Of a DNA stretch of 64,000 nucleotides, positions 9,919 through 18,799 are shown one piece after another. Made by a program: the position numbers and the translations under genes. Within the stretch, counting starts at the first letter, position 1. Each line of letters begins with the position of its first letter. The notes beneath the pieces are model-generated. The model did not search any database. It worked only from the letters and a program-made list of their open reading frames with translations, and had not been told where the DNA came from. This DNA is from Bacillota bacterium. GTDB lineage: Bacteria; Bacillota; Clostridia; Lachnospirales; Cellulosilyticaceae. The DNA lies in the NCBI GenBank assembly GCA_023436395.1, contig JAEZJJ010000004.1:2285-66284 (forward strand), given 5' to 3'.

Positions 9919-10563
9919 ATGAATTTATTAATGCAGTTAGTGGATGTTATATTGCATCTAGATCATTACTTACAAAGTATTATAGATCAATATGGCGTAG
10001 TCAGTTATATTATTTTATTTTGTGTTATATTTGCAGAAACAGGATTTGTTATTACCCCTTTTTTACCAGGAGATTCTCTTATCTTTGCAGCTGGAGCCTT
10101 TGCAGGGCTAGGCCTTTTTGATTTTAGAATCATTTTTCTACTCTTGATAGGAGCAGCTGTATTGGGTGATACAGTAAATTATGAGATTGGTAGACATATA
10201 GGAAGACGAATATTAGCAAAAGAATCTAATCGGTTTATCAAAAAAGAATATATTGAGAAAACCAATGAATACTATGAAAAATATGGAGGTAAAACCATAG
10301 TTATTGCTAGATTTATACCCATTGTACGTACCTTTGCTCCATTTGTAGCAGGAGTAGGTAGTATGACGTATAAGAAATTTATTTCTTATAATGTCATGGG
10401 AGGCGCTTTATGGGTGAGCCTTATTGTAAGTTTAGGATATTTCTTTGGCAATATACCTATAGTGGCAAATAACTTTACTTTTGTAGCAGTAGGCATTATT
10501 TTTATTTCATTATTACCGGCACTTTATGAAGTAGGTAAAAAATATAAAAAAGTACCAGAATAA
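9919..10563 (+). CDS. DedA/SNARE-associated (VTT domain) membrane protein
   Basis: Motifs ETGFVITPFLPGDSLIFAAG and GGKTIVIARFIPIVRTFAPFVAG. Confidence 0.85.
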   Translation: MNLLMQLVDVILHLDHYLQSIIDQYGVVSYIILFCVIFAETGFVITPFLPGDSLIFAAGAFAGLGLFDFRIIFLLLIGAAVLGDTVNYEIGRHIGRRILAKESNRFIKKEYIEKTNEYYEKYGGKTIVIARFIPIVRTFAPFVAGVGSMTYKKFISYNVMGGALWVSLIVSLGYFFGNIPIVANNFTFVAVGIIFISLLPALYEVGKKYKKVPE

Positions 10564-10564
10564 T

Positions 10565-10620
10565 AAAGGACTACTATATCAGTTCTGTATCAAGAATTGT
10601 ATAGTAGTCCTTTATTATTT
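10565..10620. terminator. bidirectional terminator shared by the dedA-like gene (+) and tRNA-Pro (-)
   Basis: 14-bp perfect stem AAAGGACTACTATA / TATAGTAGTCCTTT, flanked by an A-run on one side and a T-run on the other. Confidence 0.75.
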
Positions 10621-10625
10621 ATTAA

Positions 10626-10698
10626 TCGGAGTGACGTGACTTGAACACGCGATCTCTAGACCCCCAGTCTAGCGCCTTACCAACTAGGCCACACCCCG
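10626..10698 (-). tRNA. tRNA-Pro (anticodon GGG), 73 nt, CCA not encoded
   Basis: The reverse complement folds by hand into a cloverleaf. Acceptor CGGGGTG/CACTCCG, D-stem GCCT/AGGC, anticodon stem CTAGA/TCTAG with loop CT-GGG-GG (G37), T-arm GCGTG-TTCAAGT-CACGT. Confidence 0.9.
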
Positions 10699-10717
10699 AA
10701 AGTTTATTTCCTGTTTT

Positions 10718-10746
10718 ATTATACAGAAAATGGATAGGAATGTAAA
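10718..10746 (-). promoter_or_regulatory. sigma-A promoter for tRNA-Pro
   Basis: On the minus strand: TTTACA, 17 nt, TG-extended TATAAT. The -10 ends about 20 nt before the mature tRNA 5' end. Confidence 0.6.
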
Positions 10747-10815
10747 GGCTTAGTGATTAAAGTAGTTGTATTTAGTAAATGCTTAGAATAGTCAATGGGT
10801 GTAAGGAGGAAAGAG

Positions 10816-11526
10816 ATGAGATACATTTTTAATGGAATTGTTATTCTATTTAGCTGCTATATTATTGGGTTGATTATTAAAGGTAATCAAAATACATTAA
10901 TATGTTTTTCTTTATTTTTTATAGAATGGCTCGTTATTATGCTATGCAAACCTAAATTGCGTAAGTTAACTTTTATGAAGTTGCATAGAAAAGAAAGTTT
11001 TGGAGAAGAGGGAAAAACCTATGGTGTTATTCAAAATACACAAGTAGAAGAAGTAATGCAGAAAATACATCTCAATTCTTTTAAAGAGTTAGTCATTGAT
11101 TTATTTAAAGCAAAGGGCTATCAAGTAGAGGAAACTAAGATAGGAGAAGAAGGAGTTTTAATTGCTACAAAGGGAGAAATACTATTAACTCTAAAATTGG
11201 AGCATAGGTTAGATAATGATTGGTTTGTTTCAGAGAATGTATTACAGCAAGTAGACACAAGTTTATCTAAAGGTAAGAAGGTTATCATAACAAATGGTAG
11301 ATTTACTAGGCATACAATCAAGCAAGCTAAATTACATCATATTGAATTAATTAATGGTAATAAACTTATAGGTATGATTAGAGAAGAGATAGATAAACAA
11401 AGAGGCATTAATAGTAGAAAGATCATTGTGTTTAACAATAAGGAGATTATAGAGCAGAAGAGTGATTTAGAGTTTTCAGATGGCAAGGCAAGTATTTCTG
11501 ATGATAGAGAGGTCAATAAAGAATAA
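10816..11526 (+). CDS. membrane-anchored Mrr-like (restriction endonuclease fold) domain protein
   Basis: ATG 10816 follows TAAGGAGG, so the track start 10795 is unlikely. Two N-terminal hydrophobic helices precede an Mrr_cat-like block FKELVIDLFKAKGYQV...VIITNGRFTRHTIKQA...IELINGNKLIGMI. Confidence 0.5.
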   Translation: MRYIFNGIVILFSCYIIGLIIKGNQNTLICFSLFFIEWLVIMLCKPKLRKLTFMKLHRKESFGEEGKTYGVIQNTQVEEVMQKIHLNSFKELVIDLFKAKGYQVEETKIGEEGVLIATKGEILLTLKLEHRLDNDWFVSENVLQQVDTSLSKGKKVIITNGRFTRHTIKQAKLHHIELINGNKLIGMIREEIDKQRGINSRKIIVFNNKEIIEQKSDLEFSDGKASISDDREVNKE

Positions 11527-11642
11527 GAGAGAAATACTAAGTATTAAATTCATAAATGGAAGACATACAAGTTGCAGCAAGGATTAGAGTTTGGTATCTT
11601 ATTAGATTGTTCATAGAGTGTATAGAAAGAATGATGAGAAGT

Positions 11643-11711
11643 AGTCATATAAAAGTAGTAGGCTATAAGAATAGTTTTCTCTAGGCATAAGCCTACTACT
11701 TATGGATGACT
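11643..11711. terminator. long hairpin between convergent genes (possible terminator, no clear T-run)
   Basis: AGTCAT..AGTAGTAGGCT / AGCCTACTACT..ATGACT inverted repeat with an internal loop. Confidence 0.3.
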
Positions 11712-11784
11712 GCAAATAGCAACAAAGGTGCCACTAAATAACTTAAAAAAGATTGAGAGAGGAATTATGGAGAAATTAAGTTCA

Positions 11785-12459
11785 TTAAACAAGGGCCTTG
11801 AGTTTGGCTAAATTGATAATTTTAATTCCACCCCTAGAAAGTTCTACGATCCCTTCATTTGAAAAATAATTTAACATACGAGTCACTACTTCTCTGGCAC
11901 TACCTACATATTTAGCGATTTGTTCATGGGTAAAATGAAGAGTGGTAGAATGTGTTTTAGCCATTTCATCTATTAAAAAGATAGCGAGACGTTTATCAAA
12001 ACTCATAAATAGTATTTGTTCCATTGCCCACATCACATCAGAAAAACGATCAACTAGGCGTTTATACATGAAATTCTCAACATAAATATTATGCTCCATT
12101 ATTTCAGAAAGTGTATGAGAGGAGATAGAAATAATCTCACAATCTTGCTCAACATCAATGTGTACGTCAAAAGTAATTTGATTTAATATACAAGAAGCAG
12201 AAAGTAGACAGAGGTCTCCAGAAGCTAATCGAAATAGCGTAATCTCTTTTCCTTCGTCTGAAAGCATATACACTCTAAGATGACCAGTATGGAGTAAAAT
12301 AAGTCCCATACAATGTTGATCACCCCGGTGTAAAGTCTGGCCTTTAGCGAAGGAAGCCAGTGTTGTATGGGTTATCATAGTATTTTGTTCTTCAGCACTA
12401 AGGTAAGGCCAAAAATCCAGGGAATCTTTTAAGAATAGAAGCATAGAATCACTTAACAT
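11785..12459 (-). CDS. Crp/Fnr family transcriptional regulator
   Basis: RBS AGGAGG. N-terminal cNMP-binding-like beta-roll and a C-terminal HTH EQIAKYVGSAREVVTRMLNYFSNEGIV. No FNR-type Cys cluster. Confidence 0.8.
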   Translation of the reverse strand: MLSDSMLLFLKDSLDFWPYLSAEEQNTMITHTTLASFAKGQTLHRGDQHCMGLILLHTGHLRVYMLSDEGKEITLFRLASGDLCLLSASCILNQITFDVHIDVEQDCEIISISSHTLSEIMEHNIYVENFMYKRLVDRFSDVMWAMEQILFMSFDKRLAIFLIDEMAKTHSTTLHFTHEQIAKYVGSAREVVTRMLNYFSNEGIVELSRGGIKIINLAKLKALV

Positions 12460-12611
12460 AGTATCCTCCTAAATGATTAATTATTTCCATTTTAAGATAT
12501 TTATAAGAGAATGGCTAGTAAATACAGAAATAATGTAAAGAATAAAAACGTAACAGGGTGATATGAAATGTGTCAACTTCTTTTAAAAGTAGATAGTCAT
12601 TTCACTAAATA

Positions 12612-12660
12612 GTAAAAGACCTGCAAAACCAATATATATGTGTTGGTTTTACAGGTCTGT
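12612..12660 (-). terminator. rho-independent terminator of the DUF4358-MBOAT-DHHW operon
   Basis: On the minus strand: GACCTGTAAAACCAA / TTGGTTTTGCAGGTC (one G-U pair) followed by TTTT. Confidence 0.7.
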
Positions 12661-12738
12661 ATTCATAGGCAGTTACAAGAGAATTTATTGCATAGCAGTC
12701 GTTTTATGATATTAGTAAGATACAAATGAAGTTAAAAG

Positions 12739-13860
12739 TTACTTAAGAAGTAAGCTTAATTTACTTTCTACACTAAAGTTTTGTACGTTATACAGGAGTA
12801 AAATCTCAGATATACCAGCTTCTTTAGCTAAGGTAGCTACAGGTGCTGTCATGAGCCTTAAATCTAGTACTTGAATTTCTTCAAAATGATTTGTTAAAAA
12901 AGGAATAAAACAGTTGGCATAAGAATCTTTAATAACGAGAAGTTTGCGTCCATTTTTAACAGAAGTAGTAATTTTGATTAAAGGATGATTATTATCTAAG
13001 AAAATACTATATTTATCCTTTGTGTCTAGGTGGCTATATTCATAAAGACTAGATGTAGTGACACCTGATCCTTCATAGACTAATTCTACAGTTTGGGCTT
13101 TGTTTGGATAAAAAAGATTTATTGTATCTGGTGAAGCAAAAGTAAAATTACCCTTAGAAAAGAGAGTTCCGTAAAAGTCATTACTTACTTCTTGAATTTT
13201 AAAGTCTTGAAGGGTAAGAGGAACGATTCCAGCAGATTTACAAAACTCAGTATAGGCATAATAGGCTCCGAGTGTAGTCCAATGATGATCCGTTTTATAG
13301 TAAATATACTCATTTTGATGAGCTTGTAAAATATCTAGAAAATCTAATTTGGTTACTTGGTCAGAAAGATGATTGTAAAAGTTGGAGATATAAACCTCCT
13401 CATCATAAGGAGAAGCATAGAGTGGTAACTTCTCTTCCAGTACTTTTGTTGCAGTAGGGGCAATCCCTACATAAACATGGAATTTTTTTGCAAGTTCATT
13501 GATATAATTTGCATTACGTATAGCTAAATCCATATCAGGCTTAGTAAAGTCTTGAAGGAAATAGCCGTCTTTGCCAATATAAACACCGTTATTATCTTTC
13601 TTCTGGAGCATTAATTCAGTGTATGCTTTGGTAGAAATAAATTGATTTCTAAAAGGAAACTGATCTGCTATATAGGTTTCTAGGTCTTTGCCATAAGAAC
13701 CATCCATTAAAGTGTTGATCGTAAAAGTAGGTTTACTACTTAAGTTGCGATTTTCAAGCTCAGAAAAAGTTTTATCTTTGTCTAATAGTTGTAAACCAAA
13801 GAAGGTAAAAATATAAATAATAAAAGTAATTCCTGTGATGAGAGGTATTTTTTTCTTCAT
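12739..13860 (-). CDS. DHHW-family protein (AlgJ/AlgX-like SGNH-type putative O-acyltransferase), N-terminal membrane anchor
   Basis: Signature YKTDHHWTTLGAYYAY. Single N-terminal TM segment. Lies immediately downstream of an MBOAT gene. Confidence 0.7.
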   Translation of the reverse strand: MKKKIPLITGITFIIYIFTFFGLQLLDKDKTFSELENRNLSSKPTFTINTLMDGSYGKDLETYIADQFPFRNQFISTKAYTELMLQKKDNNGVYIGKDGYFLQDFTKPDMDLAIRNANYINELAKKFHVYVGIAPTATKVLEEKLPLYASPYDEEVYISNFYNHLSDQVTKLDFLDILQAHQNEYIYYKTDHHWTTLGAYYAYTEFCKSAGIVPLTLQDFKIQEVSNDFYGTLFSKGNFTFASPDTINLFYPNKAQTVELVYEGSGVTTSSLYEYSHLDTKDKYSIFLDNNHPLIKITTSVKNGRKLLVIKDSYANCFIPFLTNHFEEIQVLDLRLMTAPVATLAKEAGISEILLLYNVQNFSVESKLSLLLK

Positions 13861-13870
13861 TGTTTAACTC

Positions 13871-15256
13871 CTAAAATCTAAAGTATAAAAATGGATTAAA
13901 AGTAGCATCTACTAAGTAGGCTGTACTTAGGAATAGAACTGCACTATAAAAAATAAAGATAATCCATTCATTAAGGCAATGTTTTAATTTATTCATTAAA
14001 GGTGTTGAGAAGAGGGCTCCTATAATGAGTAAAACATAGAAGTTGGTCAATGCATATAAAGAAGACGTATTGACTAATGGATGAACATCTAAGCCGAACA
14101 TGACTTTAAGATAAGCTAGTGCTTCGCCTAAAGAATTATGGGCAAAAAGGACCCAGCTGACTGCTACAACAAAAAGTAAGTAAAACCTAGAGATAAAGCT
14201 CGGCAATTTTTCTAGATAACGAAGTAAAAAGCTACGCTCTATAATCATAAGGACAGCAAAGAAGAGCCCCCAGATAATAAAGTTCCATCCAGCACCATGC
14301 CAAAAGCCTGTTAAAAACCATACGATAAAGATGTTCAGATAGAAACGAGGCTTGCTAACACGATTGCCACCTAGAGGAATGTAGACATATTCTCTAAACC
14401 AACCTGTAAGTGTCATATGCCATCTTCTCCAAAACTCAGAGACACTTTTAGCAATATAGGGATAATTAAAGTTTTCGGGAAAATGAAAACCTAGCATACG
14501 TCCTAGGCCAATTGCCATATCAGAATAACCACTAAAGTCAAAATAAAGTTGAAGTCCAAAGGCAATAGCACCTAGCCAGGCACTTATGATGGATAACTCG
14601 CTAATAGGTGTAGAAAGTATTTGATCCCATAAGAGCCCAATATTATTTGCAATAAGAACTTTCTTACCAAGACCTTCAATGAAGCGTATTGCACCTTCAC
14701 CAAAATCTTCGAAAGTGATTTTTCTTTGATTAATTTCCTTTTCAACATTAGAGTAAGTGACAATAGGTCCAGCAATAAGCTGAGGGAACATGACTACATA
14801 GGCTCCAAAGGCAATAATATTTTTTTGAACCTTAATATTGCCACGATAAAGGTCAATGGTGTAGGACATGGTTTGGAAAGTATAGAAGGATATACCAATA
14901 GGAAGGGCAATGCGAAGTAAGTCCCAGTGGGTTCCTAAAAGATTATTGGCATTTCCAATAAAGAAATCAGCATACTTAAAGAAACCTAACATGCCTAGAT
15001 TACCTAATAGAGATAATCCGAGTCCTAGTTTTGGAATAAATTTATGCTCCCTAAAATGATCAATCATGCGTCCACAAGTATAATCTAGTACAGTAGAAAA
15101 GATCATAATTGAGACGTAGATAGGTTCGCCCCATGCATAAAACACGAGGCTACCTAAAAATAAGATTATATTACGAAAATTTTTAGGGAGTATAAAGTAG
15201 ATTGTTAGAAAAATGGGTAAAAATATAAATAAGAATAATAAACTACTAAATACCAT
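13871..15256 (-). CDS. MBOAT-family membrane-bound O-acyltransferase (AlgI/DltB-like)
   Basis: 461 aa polytopic protein with MBOAT blocks FWRRWHMTLTGWFREYVYIPLGGNR and FLTGFWHGAGWNFIIWG (catalytic His). Confidence 0.85.
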   Translation of the reverse strand: MVFSSLLFLFIFLPIFLTIYFILPKNFRNIILFLGSLVFYAWGEPIYVSIMIFSTVLDYTCGRMIDHFREHKFIPKLGLGLSLLGNLGMLGFFKYADFFIGNANNLLGTHWDLLRIALPIGISFYTFQTMSYTIDLYRGNIKVQKNIIAFGAYVVMFPQLIAGPIVTYSNVEKEINQRKITFEDFGEGAIRFIEGLGKKVLIANNIGLLWDQILSTPISELSIISAWLGAIAFGLQLYFDFSGYSDMAIGLGRMLGFHFPENFNYPYIAKSVSEFWRRWHMTLTGWFREYVYIPLGGNRVSKPRFYLNIFIVWFLTGFWHGAGWNFIIWGLFFAVLMIIERSFLLRYLEKLPSFISRFYLLFVVAVSWVLFAHNSLGEALAYLKVMFGLDVHPLVNTSSLYALTNFYVLLIIGALFSTPLMNKLKHCLNEWIIFIFYSAVLFLSTAYLVDATFNPFLYFRF

Positions 15257-15399
15257 ATGTGAAAACTCCTTACTTGATAGGGCTATAAAAATTAAAATAA
15301 TATTGCTTGCCGCCTTATCTATAGCAAATAATATGTAATGAGTTTATTGTAGATAGTATGACCATTTTAATCTATGTTAAGCTTGAAATGAGAATATGA

Positions 15400-16203
15400 C
15401 TATTTTACAATACTTTTAAAATTCGCTACAAGTGTATCAATGCTTGCATCCATTCCAAAGAAGATATAGTTGCCACTTACAATGATTTGGCGATTTTCAT
15501 AAATAGGAACTAATGAAGGATACATGAATTGAGGGTTCATACCACCTGTTCTTTTTTCTATGCCAGCTTTAATGCTGTCGATATCTTTAGCATCATTTAC
15601 CTCAAAGATAGCAATTTCAGTAATATGTGCACTCATAATAGGTGCTACAGCTTTATAACTTTTAAGTAAGCTTGTATCGATACCATACATATCCTGAAGG
15701 AGCACTGCATCTAAATCCATAGTTGATGGAAGTTCTACTCCGACAATCATTTGGCTGAATACTTCAGTAGCAGTTAAGCTAGTGACTTCAGGTGAAGGAG
15801 TAGGTGTTGGCTTTACTGCTATTTCGGGTTTAGGAGTAGGTGTTGGCTTTGTGGTTGCTTCAGGTTTAGGAGTAGGTGTTGGTTTTGTGGTGACTTCAGG
15901 TTCAGGAGTAGATGCTGGTTTTGGTGTTGACTCAGGCTTTGTAGTAGTTTGTGGTGAAGGTTCAGCTTCAGGTTTACTACTTTCCTTAGGTACAGATTTT
16001 TCTTCAGAGTCAGCATCTTCTTCAGAAATGCTAGATGTTTCGGGACTTACTATTTCTTCTGGAGAAGTAGTAAGTTCAGCTTCTGGACTAGAAGGTACTT
16101 CTGTATGTATTTCATTTTGGTTATAATCTGGTTTAGAATTACAACCTACAAGTGCAGTACTAATTGCTAATGTAGTCATTGCTAGTACAAATTGTTTTCT
16201 CAT
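15400..16203 (-). CDS. lipoprotein with Pro/Thr-rich repeat linker and DUF4358-like C-terminal domain
   Basis: Lipobox LVGC-NSK, a roughly 110-aa PT/E-rich low-complexity linker and a globular C-terminus. First gene of the operon with MBOAT and DHHW. Confidence 0.45.
   Translation of the reverse strand: MRKQFVLAMTTLAISTALVGCNSKPDYNQNEIHTEVPSSPEAELTTSPEEIVSPETSSISEEDADSEEKSVPKESSKPEAEPSPQTTTKPESTPKPASTPEPEVTTKPTPTPKPEATTKPTPTPKPEIAVKPTPTPSPEVTSLTATEVFSQMIVGVELPSTMDLDAVLLQDMYGIDTSLLKSYKAVAPIMSAHITEIAIFEVNDAKDIDSIKAGIEKRTGGMNPQFMYPSLVPIYENRQIIVSGNYIFFGMDASIDTLVANFKSIVK
15787..15966. repeat. imperfect 36-bp tandem repeat (about 4.5 copies) encoding the TTKPTPTPKPEx linker
   Basis: Units start at 15787, 15823, 15859, 15895 and 15931 (the last degenerate). 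Unit consensus is TTCAGGTTTAGGAGTAGGTGTTGGCTTTGTGGTTGC. Confidence 0.85.
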
Positions 16204-16424
16204 GATGTTCTCCTTAATGTAAATTATTAGATAATAAAGTATAATACTTAAATATAAGTATATTTACATTTAATAAGACGAAAAATCTTAATTTAAGGTT
16301 CCCTTTAATTAAGAAAACATAAAGAGTATAATGAAATAACAGTTTAGCTTTTAAGAAAAATAAGGTATACTAGGTTGTAATTATTATCACTTAATACACA
16401 TTAAAGTGGATGAAAGGAGAAATT

Positions 16425-18737
16425 ATGCTTAATAAAATAAAGCAATTATTTAATAGACAGGAAATATGGGGCGCTAGTATTGGAGTAGAAAGAGAAGGTC
16501 TTCGAACAACATCAGAAGGAAAATTAGCGATGACTAAACATCCATCTGTATTTGGTGATAAATTAAATCATCCCTATATTACAACAGATTTTTCTGAAAG
16601 TCAGGTAGAATTAATTACCCCAAATCTAGATGGCGATAAACAGGTATACGATTATTTAAACACCCTGTATGATATTGTGGCGTTAAGTATTGGGGAAGAG
16701 TATATATGGCCGGGATCCATGCCTTGTGATATACCAGAAGATGAATATATTCCAATTGCAGAGTATAGTGATTGTAAAGCATGTCATGAAGCGAGGAAAT
16801 ATAGAGAAGAATTACTAAAAAAATATGGTGGGAAAAAGCAGCTTATTTCAGGTATTCACTATAATTTTTCTTTTGAGGAAGGTTTTATCAAGAAGCTTTA
16901 TGAAAGTGAAAGATCTCCTATGAGTTATCAGCACTATAAGGATAGTATTTACCTCAAGGTGGCTAGGAACTATTTAAGATATCGATGGCTACTTATATAC
17001 TTGGTTGGTGCAACCCCTGTTTTTCATAGAACCTATGTTACAGCTTGTATGTGTCAATCAAAGAGATTGGATGAAGAAAGTTATACGAATGATAAAGCAA
17101 TCTCCTATCGTAATGGAGAGTGTGGTTATAAAAATCATGTGGATCTTTATCCGGATTATTCAAGTGTTGAGTCCTATATAGAGAGTATTAATCAGTTTGT
17201 AGAAGATGGTATTATTCAAAGTTATAAGGAACTTTATAGCCAAATCCGCCCTAAGGCAAAAGACAATACAAATCTTTTACAATCCCTAAAAGATGAAGGG
17301 ATATTGTATATTGAAATAAGAAGTATTGATAATAATCCATTTGAAAAAGGCGGAATTAGTCTACAAGACTTAGAATTCTTACATTTATTTATGATTTATC
17401 TTTTAATAAAAGAAGAAAAAGAAAGCGAAAATTATAAGTGGCAGGAGGAAGCTAATATTAATCAACGCCTTATTGCAAATAATGGTTTAACGAATGTATG
17501 GTTGAGTAAAGAAGGCAAGCAAGTCACTAAAGAAGAATGGGCATTAGAAATCTTAAACGAAATGAAATCCATAGAAAGTGAATTAGGTTTACAGAAGGCA
17601 GATGTCATAGAGCAAATGATGCAGAGAGTATTAAATCCAGAGTTAACCTATGCAGCAAGAATAGTTGCAATGATTAAGGAAAAAGGTTATTTAGATAGTG
17701 GAATAGAATTAGCAGGACATTATAAAAAAGATGCCTATGCCAATAGATATAAACTTTATGGTTATGAAGATATGGAACTTTCTACACAGATTCTCATGAA
17801 GGAAGCTATTAAGAGAGGGATTAAAGTTGAGGTGTTAGACCGTAGTGATAACTTTATAGCCCTTACAGGTAAGGATCATACAGAGTATGTAAAGCAAGCT
17901 ACTAAGACATCTAAAGATAGCTATATGACAATGCTTATAATGGAAAATAAAACAGTTACTAAGAAAGTTTTAGACAAGCAGGGGGTAAATGTCCCTAAAG
18001 GTATTGAGGTATTTAAAGAGCAGAACTTAGAGGTACCAATTAAATACTATGTTAATAAGCCTATTGTAGTGAAGCCAAAATCAACTAATTTTGGAACAGG
18101 AATTAGTATTTTTACTCAAGGAGCCAGTGAAGAAGATATAAAAGAAGCCTTGAAAATAGGTTTTGAGCATGATAACACAGTACTAATAGAAGAGTTTGCA
18201 AAAGGGAAAGAATATCGTTTTCTGGTGATAGGCGATGAAGTGGCTGGCATACTTCATCGTGTGCCAGCTAATGTAGTAGGTGATGGCACGCATAGCATTA
18301 CAGAACTTGTAAATATTAAAAATCAGCATAGCCTAAGAGGAAAAGGATATAAAACACCACTTGAAAAAATTAAGTTAGATGAAAGTAGTGCGCTTTTTCT
18401 CAAACAAAACAATTTAAACTTTGATTATATACCGGCTCAAGGGGAAATCATATATCTAAGAGAAAATTCTAATATTAGTACAGGTGGAGATAGTATAGAT
18501 TATACAGACCTGATCTCAGAGCGTTTCAAGAGGATTGCAGTAGAAGCAGCTCAAGCAGTAGAAGCTAAATTCTGTGGAGTAGATATGATGATAGAAGATT
18601 ATAGAGATGAGAATTCTCCTTATGCCATTATAGAATTAAACTTTAATCCAGCTATTCATATTCATAGTTATCCTTATCAAGGGACAGAACGTAATATTGC
18701 AGAGAAGATATTAAAAGTGCTTGGATTTTTATCATAA
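16425..18737 (+). CDS. gshF: bifunctional glutamate-cysteine ligase / glutathione synthetase GshF (GshAB)
   Basis: ATG 16425 follows AAAGGAG. The N-terminal half is GshA-like (GVEREGLR...ITTDFSESQVELITP). The C-terminal roughly 300 aa is ATP-grasp (VVKPKSTNFGTGISIF...EYRFLVIGDEV...ELNFNPAI). Confidence 0.85.
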   Translation: MLNKIKQLFNRQEIWGASIGVEREGLRTTSEGKLAMTKHPSVFGDKLNHPYITTDFSESQVELITPNLDGDKQVYDYLNTLYDIVALSIGEEYIWPGSMPCDIPEDEYIPIAEYSDCKACHEARKYREELLKKYGGKKQLISGIHYNFSFEEGFIKKLYESERSPMSYQHYKDSIYLKVARNYLRYRWLLIYLVGATPVFHRTYVTACMCQSKRLDEESYTNDKAISYRNGECGYKNHVDLYPDYSSVESYIESINQFVEDGIIQSYKELYSQIRPKAKDNTNLLQSLKDEGILYIEIRSIDNNPFEKGGISLQDLEFLHLFMIYLLIKEEKESENYKWQEEANINQRLIANNGLTNVWLSKEGKQVTKEEWALEILNEMKSIESELGLQKADVIEQMMQRVLNPELTYAARIVAMIKEKGYLDSGIELAGHYKKDAYANRYKLYGYEDMELSTQILMKEAIKRGIKVEVLDRSDNFIALTGKDHTEYVKQATKTSKDSYMTMLIMENKTVTKKVLDKQGVNVPKGIEVFKEQNLEVPIKYYVNKPIVVKPKSTNFGTGISIFTQGASEEDIKEALKIGFEHDNTVLIEEFAKGKEYRFLVIGDEVAGILHRVPANVVGDGTHSITELVNIKNQHSLRGKGYKTPLEKIKLDESSALFLKQNNLNFDYIPAQGEIIYLRENSNISTGGDSIDYTDLISERFKRIAVEAAQAVEAKFCGVDMMIEDYRDENSPYAIIELNFNPAIHIHSYPYQGTERNIAEKILKVLGFLS

Positions 18738-18754
18738 AACCAAAATCAACTTAA

Positions 18755-18799
18755 AAGATAGCATAGACAAGTCAATCAACTTGTTTATGCTATTTTTTA
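18755..18799 (+). terminator. rho-independent terminator of gshF
   Basis: Stem TAGCATAGACAAGT / ACTTGTTTATGCTA followed by TTTTTT. Confidence 0.75.

Noticed and set aside
10565-11784. A tRNA-associated genomic island carrying the Mrr-like gene.
   Set aside because: The Mrr-like gene lies on the 5' (promoter) side of the tRNA rather than the 3' side used by integrases. I saw no integrase gene and no direct repeat of the tRNA 3' end.
15782-16126. Track ORFs 15782..16126 (+, Gly/Val-rich) and 15819..16016 (-, alternative frame) inside the lipoprotein gene.
   Set aside because: They are stop-free frames created by the 36-bp tandem repeat. They have no RBS and low-complexity translations. The lipobox-containing minus-strand frame is the real gene.
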